Source: Candidatus Latescibacterota bacterium
GTDB lineage: Bacteria > Latescibacterota > CBDEFO01
Reading direction: 5' to 3'
Assembly: GCA_965248755.1 (NCBI GenBank)
Contig: OZ252149.1
Location: forward strand, 928,001 to 992,000
DNA length: 64,000 bases
This document shows, in pieces, positions 62,079 through 64,000 of the stretch (its first letter is position 1; each line of letters starts with the position of its first letter). Made by a program: the position numbers and the translations under genes. The notes under the pieces are model-generated. The model ran no database searches. It saw only the letters and a program-made list of their open reading frames with translations, and was not told where the DNA came from.

Positions 62079-63736
62079 TATTGAGCCAATGCTACAAGGT
62101 TGGGATATAACTCGCCTACTTTATGATATTGGGCAATGGCATCCTTGTATTTTCCCTGTTGTTCATAAACGTACCCTAACGCCATTAGAATTGATACCCC
62201 GCTTTCCCCGAGGGAATCCCTTCTTTGCGCCAAAACCTTCCAAGACTCCTCATACATCTTCGCGACTTGCTCGAGTCCTACGAGTTTGATCCTGGGATGC
62301 ACTGTGTGTACGACATCAAACTCATATTGGGCAATGGCATCCTTATATATCCCTTGTCGATAAGCATCTCCAAACGCTATTAGTCGGGAACCTTCTCGCT
62401 CCTTCCAGACCTCTTCATACAACTGGAAGCCTTGATTATATTCTCCCAGTTTGATCTTATATAGCCCCATTTCTACGGTCGCATACTTTGCCAAATATGA
62501 ACCTGAGTCCACAATATTGAGTATCTGCTCACAACTCGTAATAGCTTTTTGATATTCCCCCAAGGCATCATACGCATTAGCCATCACCTGTTGGGCCTGG
62601 CATCTTACAATCTCTGATGATGAAAGATGCACAAGTCTTTCCATTGTCTGAATCACTTTCTGATACTGTCCAGACTGCCAATAAAATCTGCCCAGAAGGT
62701 ACACCGCCCGTCTTCTTTGCCTATCTTCCTTGCGGATCTCGACCCACTCTTCCAATTTTGCCTGAGCTTCAGTTATCTTGCCTTCGGAGATAAGGCCATA
62801 AATATCCTGAAGTTCTAAGTCCTCCTGCGGCTCCATGGTCACCACCAGCTCCTGTGAACCTTGTTCTACTTTCACCTTCCCGACGACTAAGTCTACCATC
62901 TCCGAAGACTCTGTAACACCTTCTATCTGTACCACCCCGTAGGGACCCCCACTCTCGGTTCCCATCTGTACGACCTCGTAGGGATACCCACTCTCGGTTT
63001 CCTTATACCTAATCCAACTTAATACATTATCACGTTCTCCCCCATCATCATCATCTACAATTCTCACATTCAAACCGATTTGAGTTCCTTGAACGAATTG
63101 CCTTAAACCTAATACTTCTTTTGGTATACGCACTTCAACTGTATATCCGGTATCTGTCTGCTTAACTCCTGCCTCTACTCCTAAAAGCTCCCATATATAC
63201 GGAATCTCCTGCGCATAGGGATATGGCTCGACATTGAAAAAGACACCCGCACCTTCCAGATGAACCTTTCCCGGTGCGTCCATCACAATCCGTATCTCCC
63301 CGTCGTTGAGATCAAAATAGTCCTTCTCTTTCCCCCGCAACACTTGTACGTTCCCGTCCAGATCCCCATTAAAAGACACCTCCACAACATCATCCTGAAA
63401 CCATTTTCTGCCCCATGTAGTGCCTGAACAGACCAGGTCGTCGCTTACCTTAACCCCTATATACAGGTGATCCCTTCCCACAAAAGTCCGGAATCTTCCC
63501 GAAATGTCTGCCGCATCTGCTGTGGGTCCAAACCAGAAATGTTCAATATTGACTGCCTCTAACCCTATCTTGTCCCAGTCTGCTAAATCCCCATTTAGAG
63601 TAATCTTTAGATCTTCAACCAAAATGGTGGAGTAAGTTGTTCCTACAACATCGGACCAGGCTGAAAAAGGGAACGAAAGTGCAAGCGCCAAAGCTACTAT
63701 ACTGATCTTCCAATCCATGCTAATCCTCCTTTGCAT
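61901..63736 (-). CDS. Secreted CBM9/DOMON-like + TPR protein
   Basis: Signal peptide; LNGDLADW, LYIGVKVSDD, D.VEV, GYTVEVRIP, G.N....DDD; C-terminal TPRs. Confidence 0.8.
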   Translation of the reverse strand: MQRRISMDWKISIVALALALSFPFSAWSDVVGTTYSTILVEDLKITLNGDLADWDKIGLEAVNIEHFWFGPTADAADISGRFRTFVGRDHLYIGVKVSDDLVCSGTTWGRKWFQDDVVEVSFNGDLDGNVQVLRGKEKDYFDLNDGEIRIVMDAPGKVHLEGAGVFFNVEPYPYAQEIPYIWELLGVEAGVKQTDTGYTVEVRIPKEVLGLRQFVQGTQIGLNVRIVDDDDGGERDNVLSWIRYKETESGYPYEVVQMGTESGGPYGVVQIEGVTESSEMVDLVVGKVKVEQGSQELVVTMEPQEDLELQDIYGLISEGKITEAQAKLEEWVEIRKEDRQRRRAVYLLGRFYWQSGQYQKVIQTMERLVHLSSSEIVRCQAQQVMANAYDALGEYQKAITSCEQILNIVDSGSYLAKYATVEMGLYKIKLGEYNQGFQLYEEVWKEREGSRLIAFGDAYRQGIYKDAIAQYEFDVVHTVHPRIKLVGLEQVAKMYEESWKVLAQRRDSLGESGVSILMALGYVYEQQGKYKDAIAQYHKVGELYPNLVALAQYSIGQINFRVGEYEQAKEILEKLIDEHVNYPELVRKSRRVLLMIHKRSGGTLLDRSNQF

Positions 63737-64000
63737 TTATTTTAGCAAAACCATTTTCCTTGTCTTCACAAATTTTCCTGCAGCTAGTTTGAAGAAATAC
63801 ACTCCGCTGGCGACCTTCTGTTCCTGATCATCCAAGCCATTCCATATGACGGAGTAATAATCAGGCGCCTGGGGCTCATTCACCAATGTCCGTATCTTCT
63901 GCCCCATAATGTGAATATCTTCAATTGCGTGGGAACAGTTTCAGTTCCTCCCAATGTATACTGAATCACTGTAACTGGATTGAACGGATTGGGTGCGTTC
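63737..64000 (-). pseudogene. C-terminal FlgD-Ig/T9SS-type sorting domain of a secreted protein, with a 1-nt frameshift
   Basis: NAPNPFNPVTVIQY..LKIF/IMGQKIRTLV..WNG.D....VASGVYF..KMVLLK*; frame break near 63910. Confidence 0.75.

Overview
Bacterial chromosomal window from a diderm, probably a deep-branching FCB-type lineage (Latescibacterota-like; inferred from a FlgD/T9SS-like C-terminal domain and DUF6785-type membrane protein). An intact dnaN-recF-dciA-gyrB-gyrA block lacks an adjacent dnaA and sits beside an AT-rich oriC candidate. Housekeeping and metabolic genes include ccdA/TlpA, ltaE, tatC, tenA, purE, tsaC, alr and three creatininase-family paralogs. The accessory DNA is heavily remodelled. 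It contains an IS1182, two IS3-family copies (one nested in an IS481-like element), many pseudogenes including a decaying iron-uptake operon, and three solitary genes with integron-cassette-like ends. It also has repeated duplications of gene 3' ends flanking small cargo, at least four families of dispersed palindromes, a primase-type winged-helix ORF next to an iteron-like palindrome, and a secreted NlpC/P60 module. No rRNA, tRNA or CRISPR array was seen. Coordinates were counted by hand and may be a few bases off; family calls come from motif recognition, not database searches.
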